Shown here one piece after another: positions 1 to 11,166 of a stretch of 64,000 nucleotides of DNA. The notes below the pieces were generated by a model. That model was not told where the DNA came from and did no database searches. It was given only the letters and a program-made list of their open reading frames with translations. Both the position numbers and the translations under genes were made by a program. Every line of letters begins with the position of its first letter. Within the stretch, counting starts at the first letter, position 1. The DNA comes from Spirochaetota bacterium (lineage in GTDB: Bacteria > Spirochaetota > UBA6919 > CBDBPB01): contig CBDBPB010000008.1 in the NCBI GenBank assembly GCA_965208615.1, forward strand, positions 1 through 64,000, given 5' to 3'.

Positions 1-414
1 GAAAATTATATGATTAGTGACAACGGTATTAAGCATTACGAAGAATTTAAGTTTATTAGTAATCCTTTTTATAAAAAGGATAACCCTAATAATATAATTA
101 TTTATGGAGAAGTTAAATCAATCATTAATAGGTGTAGTCATATTAGTCCTATAAATGGGGATAGGATATTCCCAAGTAATACTAAAGAATTTATGCCCCA
201 TTACAAAGAGCTAAAAGACCTTATTAAAGAAGTTAAAACTCTTATTGCAGGTACTCCAAAAGAAAAAAAGATATTAGAGCTTTTGGATAATATGAAAAGC
301 ATATTAAACCTAGAGTCTTTAGCCTTTGATAAAAACAACTTTGAAGACCGCTTTTCTGATGTATTACAATGGTTAGAGAAAAAAATGCAAAAAGAAAAGA
401 ATATAAAAGCTTAA
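1..414 (+). CDS. hypothetical protein, probably the 3' part of a gene entering from the left edge
   Basis: Frame is open from position 1 (GAA AAT TAT ATG...) to TAA at 414; no recognisable motif; not L21-like. Confidence 0.55.
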   Translation, partial: ENYMISDNGIKHYEEFKFISNPFYKKDNPNNIIIYGEVKSIINRCSHISPINGDRIFPSNTKEFMPHYKELKDLIKEVKTLIAGTPKEKKILELLDNMKSILNLESLAFDKNNFEDRFSDVLQWLEKKMQKEKNIKA

Positions 415-447
415 AATAAGCTGATTATACCATATAAAACACTTAAT

Positions 448-780
448 ATGATTAACTTAACCCTAAATGAAGTTAACTTGTCCTTAAAATCTTTTACCGT
501 AACTGGACACTCAACCATCGGTAAAAAAGGGAATAATTTATTATGTGCTGGTGTTTCCACCCTAATACAAACTATTATAATTAGCTTTAAAAAAATAGTT
601 TGCATTGATATATCCCTTGATATTGACGACGGATTTATCTATTGTAAGTTCCCAGATGACCTAACTAAAACACAAACCGACAATATAAGTCTTTTAATAA
701 TGACTATGATCTGCGGAATGGAAGACCTTAAAAAACAGTTCCCAAAAGAAATTAACATAAACTGGATAAAACATAAATAG
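448..780 (+). CDS. prp: ribosomal-processing cysteine protease Prp (DUF464/YsxB family)
   Basis: 110 aa with VTGHS...GNNLLCAGVSTL (His/Cys dyad) and C-terminal L..Q(F/Y)P..I pattern typical of DUF464. Confidence 0.8.
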   Translation: MINLTLNEVNLSLKSFTVTGHSTIGKKGNNLLCAGVSTLIQTIIISFKKIVCIDISLDIDDGFIYCKFPDDLTKTQTDNISLLIMTMICGMEDLKKQFPKEININWIKHK

Positions 781-788
781 GAGACCCC

Positions 789-3375
789 ATGAAAAAAATA
801 ATAATTATAATAATAGCAACCCTTATACTTTCCACTAATCTATCACCTAATACCAAAGTCGGTCTAACGAGAATACTATTGGATAACGGTATGGTCATAA
901 TCCTAAAAGAAAAACATGATATACCCATGATTGCCATGCAAATGTGGGTAAAAACAGGATCGCTAACTGAAGGACAATACCTAGGAACAGGCCTCTCACA
1001 CTACCTAGAACACATGCTCTTTAAAGGTACTAAAAAACGAAAAACCCATGACTTCTCAAACGATATTAGACGTATAGGCGGATCTGATCTAAATGCCTAT
1101 ACCTCATACGATAAAACTGTGTATCACTTTAGCATACATAAAGAATACTTCGATACAGGAATAGAGGCTCTATCTGATATTATACAAAACTCCGTGTTGG
1201 ACAAAGAGAGTACCATAAAAGAAGGCAAGGTAATCCTAAAAGAAATGAATATGAGAGATGATAGCCCTAACTCATACCTATGGAAAACGTTTATGACAAC
1301 TGCTTATAATAAACATCCATACAAACACCCAATAATTGGATATAAAAATCTATTTAAAAACTCCACCAGAAAAGACCTAATAAATTATTACAATACCACG
1401 TATTCACCCAATAATATGATCTTAGTCGTAGTAGGAGACTTTAATACAAACTCTATCCTTAAGAAAATACAAAATGCCTTTAAAAACTTTAAACGTAAAA
1501 AACTAATCCCAGTATATATACCAAAAGAACCTAAACAACTTAGACTAAGACAAGTTACTAAAGAATATAACATAAAAACTACCAAAATAATTATGGGGTA
1601 TAAAACTGTAAATGCCCTATCAAAAGACGTTGCACCATTGGATGTCTTATCATTAATCCTTGGTCAGGGCAAAACATCAAGGCTATATAAAAAACTAAAA
1701 GATAAAAATCAGCTGGTTAATAATGTTAGTGTTGGTTCATGGACTCCCAAATATCAAGGAATGTTTACCATAAACCTAAACCTAAATAAACAAAATATTA
1801 ATAAGGTATTTAACCTTATAGAACATGAAATTAACAGGATTAAAAAAACAGGCGTTAATCCCAAAGAACTAAAAAGAGCTAAACAAAAAATACAAGTAGC
1901 CCATATAAAAGGAATGCAAACCATAAACGGATACGCAAGGAGCCTTGCATCTGGTGAGTTCTTAGGCGAGCTACACTACAATAAAATATATTTAGAAGCC
2001 ATTAAACAGGTAACTAATAAAAATATAATCAATGTAGCTAAAAAATACCTCAATAAACAAAACCTAACTAATGCAATACTAATCCCCAAAACCACTATCA
2101 AACACAATACTAAAACCATATCTAAAAAAAGAACATCCAATGTAGACAAAATAGTACTCAAAAATGGAGCTACCCTCATACTAAAAGAAGATCATAATCT
2201 ACCAGTGGTAGCAGTAAGTACGTTGTTTAATGGTGGATATGGATACGAAAATAAAAACAATATTGGTATATATAACCTTTTAGCAAATACACTGTTAAAA
2301 GGTACTAAAACAAAGTCCGCTAATAAAATAGCCCAGATAATTGAGGATAATGGTAGTACATTACATGCAACAAGCAGTACTAATTTTATATCCATTAACG
2401 GATCGTTCCTAAAACAAAACTTTGAACAAAGTCTAAAACTAATATTGGATGTTATATCCAATGCAAAGTTCCCAAACAAAGAGATAGCTAAACAAAAAAA
2501 AACTAATATATGCGGCTATCAAACAAAAAAACGATAGTATATGGAATGCTAGTAGGTTCCACCTAAGAAAACTAAGATATAAACACCATCCATACTCCTA
2601 CGACGGATTAGGTACAGCAAATACTATTAAAAGTATATCAAGGGCAAACCTAATAAAACTATATAGACAAACAATATCACCAAAGAATATGGTAATATCT
2701 ATAATAGGTGATTTTGATAAAAAAAAGACTATTAAACTACTCTCAAAAAAAAGCCTATTCAATCAAATCAAGTCTAAACCACAAAATATTAAACCCATAC
2801 CCGAAATAAATAATATAGTAAAAGGCGTATACCACAAAAAAGGACTTAAACAATCCCTAATAAAAATACTATTTGATGCACCAAGCTACCACAATAAGGA
2901 TAAATACCCACTAATGATGCTAACACATATATTCTCAGGTATAGGGAGCAGGCTCTTTAGCGATCTAAGGGAGAAACAAACTTTGGCATACGCTACAGGC
3001 GGCTTTTATTTTCAGAAGCTCGGTAAAGGTGGATTTATATTCTATATAGCCACAGAACCCTCAAAAAGAAAGGATGCCATAAACCAGCTATTTAAACATA
3101 TTAAACAAATAAAAGAAAAACCAATAACCAATAAAGAACTAGAAATAGCTAAAAATAGTAGTATTAGTCCAATTATAAAAAGATTACAAACATTAACCGG
3201 TCAAGCTAAACTCTATGCACTAAATACAAAACTAAAACTTAATATTTATAACCACCTTAATACCATAAAACAAATTAAAAATGTAACTAAACAAAATATA
3301 CAACAAGTTGCTAATAAATACTTTAACCTTAATAAATATGTTATATCAATAGTTGAACCTAAAAATAGTAATTAG
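789..3375 (+). CDS. M16B (pitrilysin/PqqL-like) zinc protease with signal peptide; one +1 frameshift in A9 tract at 2494-2502 (about 861 aa when repaired)
   Basis: HYLEHMLFKGT (HxxEH), LNAYTS and HPY motifs. Removing one A at 2494-2502 reads QKKLIYAAIKQKNDSIW...HHPYSYDGLG...PKNMVISI into ORF 2689..3375, which carries SRLFSDLREKQTLAY. Confidence 0.85.
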
Positions 3376-3393
3376 CTTAACTATAAACACAAC

Positions 3394-4620
3394 CTAAAGT
3401 AAACTCTTGTATAACTCTAAATACTGATTGGCTATAATCTCATTATTAAATGCCTTAGTTATCTTATTTATGGCGTTCTTACAAAGATCGTCATAATTAG
3501 GGCTATTTATTACCCACTCAATACCATTAGCCAAATCTTTAGCCTCATAAGGAATAGCTCTATATCCATTTACTTTATGGTCAACAATATCTTTTTGTCC
3601 AGTAGCATCAAAACAAACAACAGGAGTACCACAAGCCATAGACTCAGCAAAAGTTTGACCCCACGATTCTGCAGTACTAGGAGCAACAAATACATTACTA
3701 GCAGAATATAATAACCTCAAGGATATGTTATCATGTAAATATCCAAAATCCTTATACTCAAACCCAAAACCATCATACAAACTATTATCATCAACCTTAC
3801 CAAAAAAACATAAAAAATATTTATCTTTATCAAGCTCATTCAAAGACTCTATAAACTTATTAAATCCTTTATAAAGATCAGTTAGCTTTGTAGAACCAAC
3901 TGAGATAACTTTTTTATTAGTTTTAATATTTAAAATCTTTTTTGCAACACTTTTGTTAATAGGAAAAAAATCATCACTATCAATAGTATTAGCAATAGTT
4001 CTAATATCAAAAGATTTAAATAAATGACTTTCTTTTGCTATTTGACTTAGCCAACTACTTACCCCAACTAACTTTGTATGATCAGGTATAAGCCTTTTCT
4101 TTTTGTTAAAAATTAGCTTTGATAAATCATAATTACTATTTGAACCTAACTGCTCACAATTACCACAACCCCTTTTATAATTTGTACAATCAATTGGATG
4201 ATCACAAACTCCAGTTATAGGCCAAACATTATGCATTGTCCAAACAATAGGCTTATCAAACTTGCCTAAGGACTTTATACTTAAAAAGTTTGCATTTATC
4301 CAATGAAGATTTATAATATCAGCCTTTTTATACTCGTCTAACACCGTAACATCAAAGCCAAATAAACCAGTATGTAATACAACACTCTTTCTCTTTGGAT
4401 AAAACTTAAAAATCAAACATTCTAATAACTGTCTAACTATATAAAACAGCCTATTCTTAATAGTTTTAGGGATAGTTATAACATCTTTATCCCCTAGCTG
4501 ACTCTCATATACTAATATCTTTGACTTAATCCCAATCTTTTTAAGACTTTTATGAATTCTATAAGTTGCCTTAGCTGCACCACCTTGCATACTCGCTCCA
4601 ACAATATGTAATACATTCAT
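3394..4620 (-). CDS. glycosyltransferase family 4 (WcaC-like)
   Basis: GGAAKA N-terminal loop, NLHW, WTMHNVWPITGVC, ESWGQTFAESMACGTPVV (E-x7-E) GT-B signature. Confidence 0.85.
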   Translation of the reverse strand: MNVLHIVGASMQGGAAKATYRIHKSLKKIGIKSKILVYESQLGDKDVITIPKTIKNRLFYIVRQLLECLIFKFYPKRKSVVLHTGLFGFDVTVLDEYKKADIINLHWINANFLSIKSLGKFDKPIVWTMHNVWPITGVCDHPIDCTNYKRGCGNCEQLGSNSNYDLSKLIFNKKKRLIPDHTKLVGVSSWLSQIAKESHLFKSFDIRTIANTIDSDDFFPINKSVAKKILNIKTNKKVISVGSTKLTDLYKGFNKFIESLNELDKDKYFLCFFGKVDDNSLYDGFGFEYKDFGYLHDNISLRLLYSASNVFVAPSTAESWGQTFAESMACGTPVVCFDATGQKDIVDHKVNGYRAIPYEAKDLANGIEWVINSPNYDDLCKNAINKITKAFNNEIIANQYLELYKSLL

Positions 4621-4675
4621 ACCTAATTCTCCAGCTTTTGCTTGACTGTAAACTAATAATATAGTACAGCCTATT

Positions 4676-6430
4676 TTATAGATTTATACTAGCATTAGTA
4701 TATTTATACAACCATTCAACCTCTGCATTATCAAAATAACTTTTATCAATAAGATTACTATCCAGTTTGGCAAAAGTCAAAGGTTTTATTTTAAGCCATC
4801 CATCGTTATCAGCCTCAACAGTAGTAACTATATTCTCAATTCTAACCCCACCAAAGCCGTCAATGTAAATACCAGGCTCCACAGAAAATACCATACCCTT
4901 ATCAATAACATCATCACTAACATTACTAACTCTAGGAGGTGACTCATGAACAGAAATACCAATACCATGACCAGTACCATGATTATAAGTATATCCGTAA
5001 TCCCATAAAGTAGAACGGACTATAGCATCCAGCTGAAAACCTCTTGTACCCTTTGGGAATATAGCTTTCATAAGCCTTATAGCGGCTTTTAATACAAGTG
5101 AATAAATCTCCTTTTGTTTATCAGTGGCCTTTGTCTTATAGCCTCCAACTAAAAATGTCCTTGTTAAATCAGTAGCATATCCACCCTCAAAATATGCCCC
5201 TATATCCAATAGCATAAGATCGCCTAACTCCAAAACCCTATTAGGATCGGGATTAGTATAGTGAATAATAGCACTATTCTGATCACAAGCCGAAATTACC
5301 TCAAAACTTAATCCCCTTGCACCATAAAACAAAAATAAACTCTTAACCTTATCAGATATATCCTTTTCAGAAAGCCTATCCCCACTATTAACACTATCAT
5401 TAATCCAATCAATAGTACTATTCATTATTTTATCTGCTGTGGCAAACGATTTAGACATATGTGATAACTCATTGGATGTTTTAATAGCCTTCATATAAGA
5501 TAATGGACTGTCTATATGCCTAATACAACTTTTATCACCAACAATATCTAAAAGCTGTTTCACCCTATAATAGGATGTTTTATTCTTATCAAATCCAATA
5601 CTAATATCCTTAGAATAAGAGTTAATTATATTTTTAACAATAGAATAAAAATCCTTTTCTAAATAGACATCTAAATAACCCTTAAACTCTTTTCTAAACC
5701 AATCACAACTATCATAACTAACAAATAGAGCCTTCTTATTAAGACCAAGTAAACAAATACCCCTAAAACTAGAACTATAAGGAATCTCATAACTCCTAAG
5801 TCCAGTAAAATATGAAAGATCATCCAATGTACTAACTAAAAAGAAATCATAACCAACCCTATTAAGCCAATCATCTATGTGACTAAGCTTTTCAGATATA
5901 GAACTGCCAATAATAGATATTGCTACTTTCTCTGGTAACTCTTTAGTATTTTCAGAACTATGCCTTTTTATAACACTATTCCTATTGTCAATAAACCTAA
6001 CAGAATAGCCCCTTAAACCCTTTTTTAGCCTCATATAGCTTAAATAACTAAGTTTTCTACTATCCATTGATATAGTAAAACGTTTAGAGCCGAAATAAAG
6101 CCCCTTAAGCTTATCTAAAAGCATAACCTCACTATTATTATCAAGAGGTACTTTTACAACATCCACTAATGATTTAGGCACCTCTAAGCCGGCCTGAGCA
6201 TGATAACGACCATCAACAAATAAAAAAGCATTATCCATAGTAATAAGCATATTAGCAGAAGAACCACTAAATCCACTAAAATATAATACGTCGTTCTCAG
6301 CCAATGGGATATATTCACTAAGATAGTTATCTGTTATCCTGACAATACAAGCATCTATAGCCTTTTTTTCCATTGAAATGCGTAATTTAGAAAGATGCTC
6401 AAAGATAATATCTTTAGCTTTTTTATTCAT
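4676..6430 (-). CDS. pepP: Xaa-Pro aminopeptidase (aminopeptidase P, M24B)
   Basis: FSGSSA, VDGRY, LLDIGAYF..ATDLTRT, HGTGHGIG..VHESP, SVEPGIY..GVRIEN metal-ligand motifs. Confidence 0.88.
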   Translation of the reverse strand: MNKKAKDIIFEHLSKLRISMEKKAIDACIVRITDNYLSEYIPLAENDVLYFSGFSGSSANMLITMDNAFLFVDGRYHAQAGLEVPKSLVDVVKVPLDNNSEVMLLDKLKGLYFGSKRFTISMDSRKLSYLSYMRLKKGLRGYSVRFIDNRNSVIKRHSSENTKELPEKVAISIIGSSISEKLSHIDDWLNRVGYDFFLVSTLDDLSYFTGLRSYEIPYSSSFRGICLLGLNKKALFVSYDSCDWFRKEFKGYLDVYLEKDFYSIVKNIINSYSKDISIGFDKNKTSYYRVKQLLDIVGDKSCIRHIDSPLSYMKAIKTSNELSHMSKSFATADKIMNSTIDWINDSVNSGDRLSEKDISDKVKSLFLFYGARGLSFEVISACDQNSAIIHYTNPDPNRVLELGDLMLLDIGAYFEGGYATDLTRTFLVGGYKTKATDKQKEIYSLVLKAAIRLMKAIFPKGTRGFQLDAIVRSTLWDYGYTYNHGTGHGIGISVHESPPRVSNVSDDVIDKGMVFSVEPGIYIDGFGGVRIENIVTTVEADNDGWLKIKPLTFAKLDSNLIDKSYFDNAEVEWLYKYTNASINL

Positions 6431-7875
6431 TATACTGTTAACTTTGGCTCTTTAACCGCTTTAGTCTCATCTAGCCTCTTTATTGTGGTATTAAAAGGAG
6501 CATTCTTTAACTCATACTCCTCTGATAAACTTTCTTTGTATATCTGCTCTAGAACATCAACAAAAGCATCCAATGTTTCCTTAGACTCTGTTTCGGTAGG
6601 TTCTATCATCATAGCTTCGGATACTATTAATGGAAAGTATATTGTAGGAGGATGAAAGCCATAGTCTATAAGCCTTTTAGCAATATCCAATGCATTTATA
6701 CCCCTGTCTTTTTTAAGGTTCTTTAAAGATAATACAAACTCGTGCATACAATGATCATCATAGGGTATAGGAAAGGTGTCCTTAAGCCTTGACCTCAAAT
6801 AATTTGCATTTAATACAGCTATATCACTAACTTTATTAAGTCCATCACTGCCTAGCATAAGAGTATAAATATATGCCTTTAATATTACCAAAAAATTACC
6901 GTAAAACCAACGTATTCTACCAATTGACTTATCCTTTGAGTTTTCTATAAAATAGTTATCCTCATCTTTACTCTCTCCAAGCTTTCTAGCTACTCTCGGA
7001 TAAGGTAAAAAGTCCTCTAGTTTATCAGAAACACAAACTGGTCCACTACCAGGCCCGCCTCCACCATGAGGAGTAGCAAAAGTTTTATGTAAATTAATAT
7101 GAATAACATCAAAACCCATATCACCAGGCCTTATCTTACCCACAATAGCATTGAAATTAGCACCATCACAATATAACAAAGAACCATTCTGCCTTAGTAT
7201 ATCCCTAATTTTTAGTATATCAGTCTCAAAAAGACCAAGAGTATTAGGATTAGTAAGCATAACACAAGCAACATCAGGACTAATAACCTTTTTAAGATGA
7301 TCAATATCAACCATACCCTTTTCGTTGGACAATAATTTTACCGACTTAAAACCAGCCATAGACGCACTTGATGGATTAGTACCATGAGCGCTATCAGGGA
7401 TAAGAACAACATTTCTTTTATCACCCTTATGATCAAAGTACTTTTTTATCATAGAAATCCCTACAAACTCTCCCTGAGCCCCAGCACTAGGCGCTAAGGA
7501 TACATAAGGTAAACCAGTGAGATCACCTAATATCTGTTCCAGCTCATAAATTACCCTTAATGCTCCCTGGATCTGTTTTTCATCTTGGTATGGATGAATG
7601 TTTAAAAAGCCGTCTAACGAAGACAAATACTCGTTAACTTTAGGATTATACTTCATAGTGCAGGAACCAAGGGGATAAAAATGAGTATCCACACTAAAAT
7701 TCTTCTTTGATAGCCTTGTGAAATGCCTTATAACATCCAACTCGCTTAAAGAAGGTAAACCAATATCATTATTTCGCTTAATCCACAAAGGAATATCATA
7801 AGGCTCTACGTCCAACTTAGGAAATACAATACCACGTCGTCCTTTTTTAGACTGCTGAAAAATATTCTTATCCAT
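6430..7875 (-). CDS. gcvPB: glycine dehydrogenase (decarboxylating) subunit 2
   Basis: YPLGSCTMKYNPK, PDSAHGTNP, HINLHKTFATPHGGGGPG (PLP lysine), MIEPTETES. Confidence 0.95.
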   Translation of the reverse strand: MDKNIFQQSKKGRRGIVFPKLDVEPYDIPLWIKRNNDIGLPSLSELDVIRHFTRLSKKNFSVDTHFYPLGSCTMKYNPKVNEYLSSLDGFLNIHPYQDEKQIQGALRVIYELEQILGDLTGLPYVSLAPSAGAQGEFVGISMIKKYFDHKGDKRNVVLIPDSAHGTNPSSASMAGFKSVKLLSNEKGMVDIDHLKKVISPDVACVMLTNPNTLGLFETDILKIRDILRQNGSLLYCDGANFNAIVGKIRPGDMGFDVIHINLHKTFATPHGGGGPGSGPVCVSDKLEDFLPYPRVARKLGESKDEDNYFIENSKDKSIGRIRWFYGNFLVILKAYIYTLMLGSDGLNKVSDIAVLNANYLRSRLKDTFPIPYDDHCMHEFVLSLKNLKKDRGINALDIAKRLIDYGFHPPTIYFPLIVSEAMMIEPTETESKETLDAFVDVLEQIYKESLSEEYELKNAPFNTTIKRLDETKAVKEPKLTV

Positions 7876-8112
7876 ACAACCTCCTTAAGCTTTGTAAATA
7901 TACAAAAAGATTCATAATTATATTATAAATTAAGAAATAATGTAAGCATTTATCCAATATAAAAACTGGCTATAAGCAGAATAGGAAAATCTTTTTCATA
8001 TTTTTATCTCATAATGCATTATTATTAACTTTAAATATAATTTATCAAGTTTAAAATTGCTAATCAAAAATTATTATTTTCTATCAAAGACTAAATCCCT
8101 AACTAAAATGCC

Positions 8113-8748
8113 ATGAACATAAACTACTATGATATACTAAACATTAGCCATGACGCCTCTAGTGAAGAAATTAAAGAATCCTTTAGAAAGATGGCTAAAA
8201 AGTATCACCCAGACTCGTCGGATAATAAAAACTCTGACAGCTTTAATATAATATGTGAAGCGTACAAAATATTGACAAATCAAAAACTTAAAAAAAAGTA
8301 CGATGAATCTTTACTAGTAAACAAATCAATAGATAAACAAACTGGATATATAATAATACCTCAAAAACGTATTAGATTTATATCATCCATAGGGAACCTC
8401 ATTGACAGCGGATTATGGACAAAAAAACAATTAACAAGAAAACAAAGACTAGATCATTTTAACTATGATTTATCAATATCCATTACGAAACTCGAGCATA
8501 AAAAAGGCGTTATAGTTAGGATAGCTCTACCTGCAACCGGTATATGCTATGCCTGTTATGGTACAGATCAGTTATGCTACCTATGCAGTGGATTAGGAAA
8601 GTTTAAGTCAATGGAAGAAGTAGACATACTAATACCGCCAAATATCAACACAAACAAAATATTCAATGTTAACCTAAAAAAGCTGTCACCGGGTAAAATG
8701 ATTAAGTTTACAATAAACGACCTTAATATACTAATCCGTATTTTATAG
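8113..8748 (+). CDS. DnaJ-domain protein with one CxxCxG zinc-finger pair and a truncated DnaJ C-terminal part
   Basis: NYYDILN...KYHPD...AYKIL...YD J-domain; CYACYG and CYLCSGLG. Confidence 0.8.
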   Translation: MNINYYDILNISHDASSEEIKESFRKMAKKYHPDSSDNKNSDSFNIICEAYKILTNQKLKKKYDESLLVNKSIDKQTGYIIIPQKRIRFISSIGNLIDSGLWTKKQLTRKQRLDHFNYDLSISITKLEHKKGVIVRIALPATGICYACYGTDQLCYLCSGLGKFKSMEEVDILIPPNINTNKIFNVNLKKLSPGKMIKFTINDLNILIRIL

Positions 8749-8780
8749 CAAGTTCCTATAAACTGTACTAAGGTAATCAA

Positions 8781-9423
8781 ATGGACCACATAAACCCAAA
8801 ACTAATAGAATATATAAACTCACTAAACCGATATAACGACTCAGACCTCGAAAAACTTAAATTATGGGGTATAAATAATAAAATCCCCATAATAAGTCAG
8901 GATGTTGGTTTATTACTCCACATTCTAATATTAATGCATAAACCCAAAAAAGTGTTAGAGATAGGCTTTGGTGGCGGATACTCAACCTTGTGGATGGCTA
9001 AAGCACTAACTAATAATGCTATAATAACGTCCATAGAGCTAAACACGGATAGGATAAGTGCTGGAAAGGCTTTCTTCAGCGAATCTAATATGCTTCATAA
9101 AATAAAGCTAATATATCGCTGATGCACTAAGTTACCTCGATAATACAGATAATGTATACGATTTTATATTCCTTGATGCCGTTAAACGTAGTTATACTAA
9201 CTACATACCAAAAGTAGACAGGGTTCTAAAAAAAGGCGGTATATTAGTAGCAGATAATATACTGTTCCAAGGCAGGGTAGTAGACGAAAGGGTTAATCAT
9301 AAATATAGTGCAGGAACATCCAGCGTAAAGAAGTTTAATAAAACTATGGCTGACTCAAATAAGTTTAAAACTATATTCCTACCAATAGGAGACGGTATTA
9401 GTCTATCAGTAAAAATAAAATAA
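8781..9423 (+). CDS. class I SAM-dependent O-methyltransferase (caffeoyl-CoA OMT/TrmR-like); +1 frameshift near 9111-9118 (about 213 aa when repaired)
   Basis: VLEIGFGGGYSTLWMA in ORF 8781..9122. The alternative frame from 9118 gives ADALSYL...YDFIFLDAVK..Y...GGILVADNILFQG...LPIGDGISLSVKIK* ending at 9423. Confidence 0.8.
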
Positions 9424-9457
9424 GCCTCTTTCTATTTATAACAAAGCTTATTAGCCT

Positions 9458-10204
9458 CTAATATTTATCGGATACCTTAATGAAAGGGAGTATATCCTTT
9501 TCAACATGATGTATATCCTCAACAAAGTCAACTTCAGCACATTTTAACTCCCCGAGATTGACTGCATAAATATTAGCTCCTTCTTTAATAATATCCTCGA
9601 AGGTTTTTTCGTAAAAATCGTTTACTAGTCCCTTTTTTAGTATATTTTCTTCTAGTTTATTAAATAGCTTATTAGCACAGTCCATAGAAAACTTCTCAAT
9701 ACCAATAGACTCTCCCACAGCTAATTTCAAGTCTACTACCTTGCTGATTTCTAATACCCTGTTATTATGATCAAGTCTTACCTTAATCTCTTCTTCGCCA
9801 AGATTATTAGTCACCCTTAGTGCTAGACAATCCTTATGTTCTGAGTCAATAAGCATTTTAATAATCCTATAGTCGAAAATAATGTCAGCATCAAATAATA
9901 AAAAATCGTCATGGATTAGATGCTTACCCAGCCAAAGAGAATAGCAGTTATTTGTCTCATAATAACGACTGTTATGATAAAAGTTAAATCTATGATCAGG
10001 AAAGCGATTCTTCAAATAACTTTTTACTTTATCAACCTCAAAGCCGGTTATAACGTTGATATCCGTAATACCGCAATAAAGAATATTATTAATCATTCTT
10101 TCTATAAAGGTTTTTCCGTTTATCTCCACCAAACACTTTGGATGACTATTTGTAATTGGTCTAAGTCTTTCTGCCATACCAGCAGCTAAGATTAACGCCT
10201 GCAT
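9458..10204 (-). CDS. NTP transferase, phosphocholine/phosphonate cytidylyltransferase (LicC-like) family
   Basis: ALILAAGMAERLRP..PKCL, N..Y.ETNN.YSLW, DADIIFD, GESIGI, EVDF.ED. Confidence 0.75.
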   Translation of the reverse strand: MQALILAAGMAERLRPITNSHPKCLVEINGKTFIERMINNILYCGITDINVITGFEVDKVKSYLKNRFPDHRFNFYHNSRYYETNNCYSLWLGKHLIHDDFLLFDADIIFDYRIIKMLIDSEHKDCLALRVTNNLGEEEIKVRLDHNNRVLEISKVVDLKLAVGESIGIEKFSMDCANKLFNKLEENILKKGLVNDFYEKTFEDIIKEGANIYAVNLGELKCAEVDFVEDIHHVEKDILPFIKVSDKY

Positions 10205-10344
10205 AATTTTTCCTTGAATATATTAATTTTATAAATTGTATTCTTTAGCTTTTTAACTTAAGCGTAATACCAATAGGATAGGCACTCTTAAAGTCTTTTA
10301 TAATTTAACTATGGATGCTTATTAGAATTAAATAACTATAAAAT

Positions 10345-10809
10345 TTAATTAGTTTTTACCTTTTTAACCAAAGCAAACTCAATATTACCAATGTCCGACT
10401 CAAACATAATACGGCATGCAAGAGAACTATTATAATCAAACTCAACCATCTTATTGGTAAATATCTGGGGAGGAGTAATATCATTATCGTATTTCAAATT
10501 AGATAGCTTTGTAATCATCCTGCCGGATATAAAATTGGTTAACTCTCCAACAGCCGATAAGCTAAGCTCATCTAAAATAGTAATACTATCCTGAAACATC
10601 TTAGATGCAATACCTAATGCAACATCATCCTCTAATAGCAAGGTTATATTACCTTCATAATCACCTACTAGTCCAATAGATGAGCTTACTTGCGCCATTA
10701 AATTGTGAGTATAAAAAGATACTTTTGGTCTTCTTAGCTCCAAGCCAAAGTTTTCTTTAAATATTTCATTTACAGAGTCGATTAAATATTTAATATATTC
10801 CGGCTTCAA
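10345..10809 (-). CDS. cheX: chemotaxis phosphatase CheX
   Basis: IGLVGDYEG, SAVGELTNFISG (ExxN), DITPP motifs; 154 aa. Confidence 0.85.
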   Translation of the reverse strand: MKPEYIKYLIDSVNEIFKENFGLELRRPKVSFYTHNLMAQVSSSIGLVGDYEGNITLLLEDDVALGIASKMFQDSITILDELSLSAVGELTNFISGRMITKLSNLKYDNDITPPQIFTNKMVEFDYNSSLACRIMFESDIGNIEFALVKKVKTN

Positions 10810-11166
10810 TAGCCCTTCCTCAATAACAAATTAATTATAATAATAGCTATTTAAAATATAATAAATAGAGTTTATAGATATACTAACAATTTTTTTAAAC
10901 CAAAAAAAATATCTTCCTACAATACTTTTAAAAGTTTAATTAACTTTAAATAAAAATTATACTTTTTTTTACTTTTCCGATTATCTAATTACATAATAGC
11001 AAAACTTGGCTATAAAATTACCAACTTTTATTGTTAAAAGAAAGTTTTTGGTTATCCTTTATAAAAAGAGTTTGTTTTTTTTTATAGTTTAAATACAAGG
11101 CTTTAAAAAAGCTCCAACAACATTATAAAAAATTAATCCTCTACTAACTATATAAAGGAGTAATAA

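Noticed and set aside
11006-11021. TTGGCTATAAAATTAC upstream of the LRR gene as a sigma54 promoter
   Set aside because: The -12 element reads AC rather than GC.
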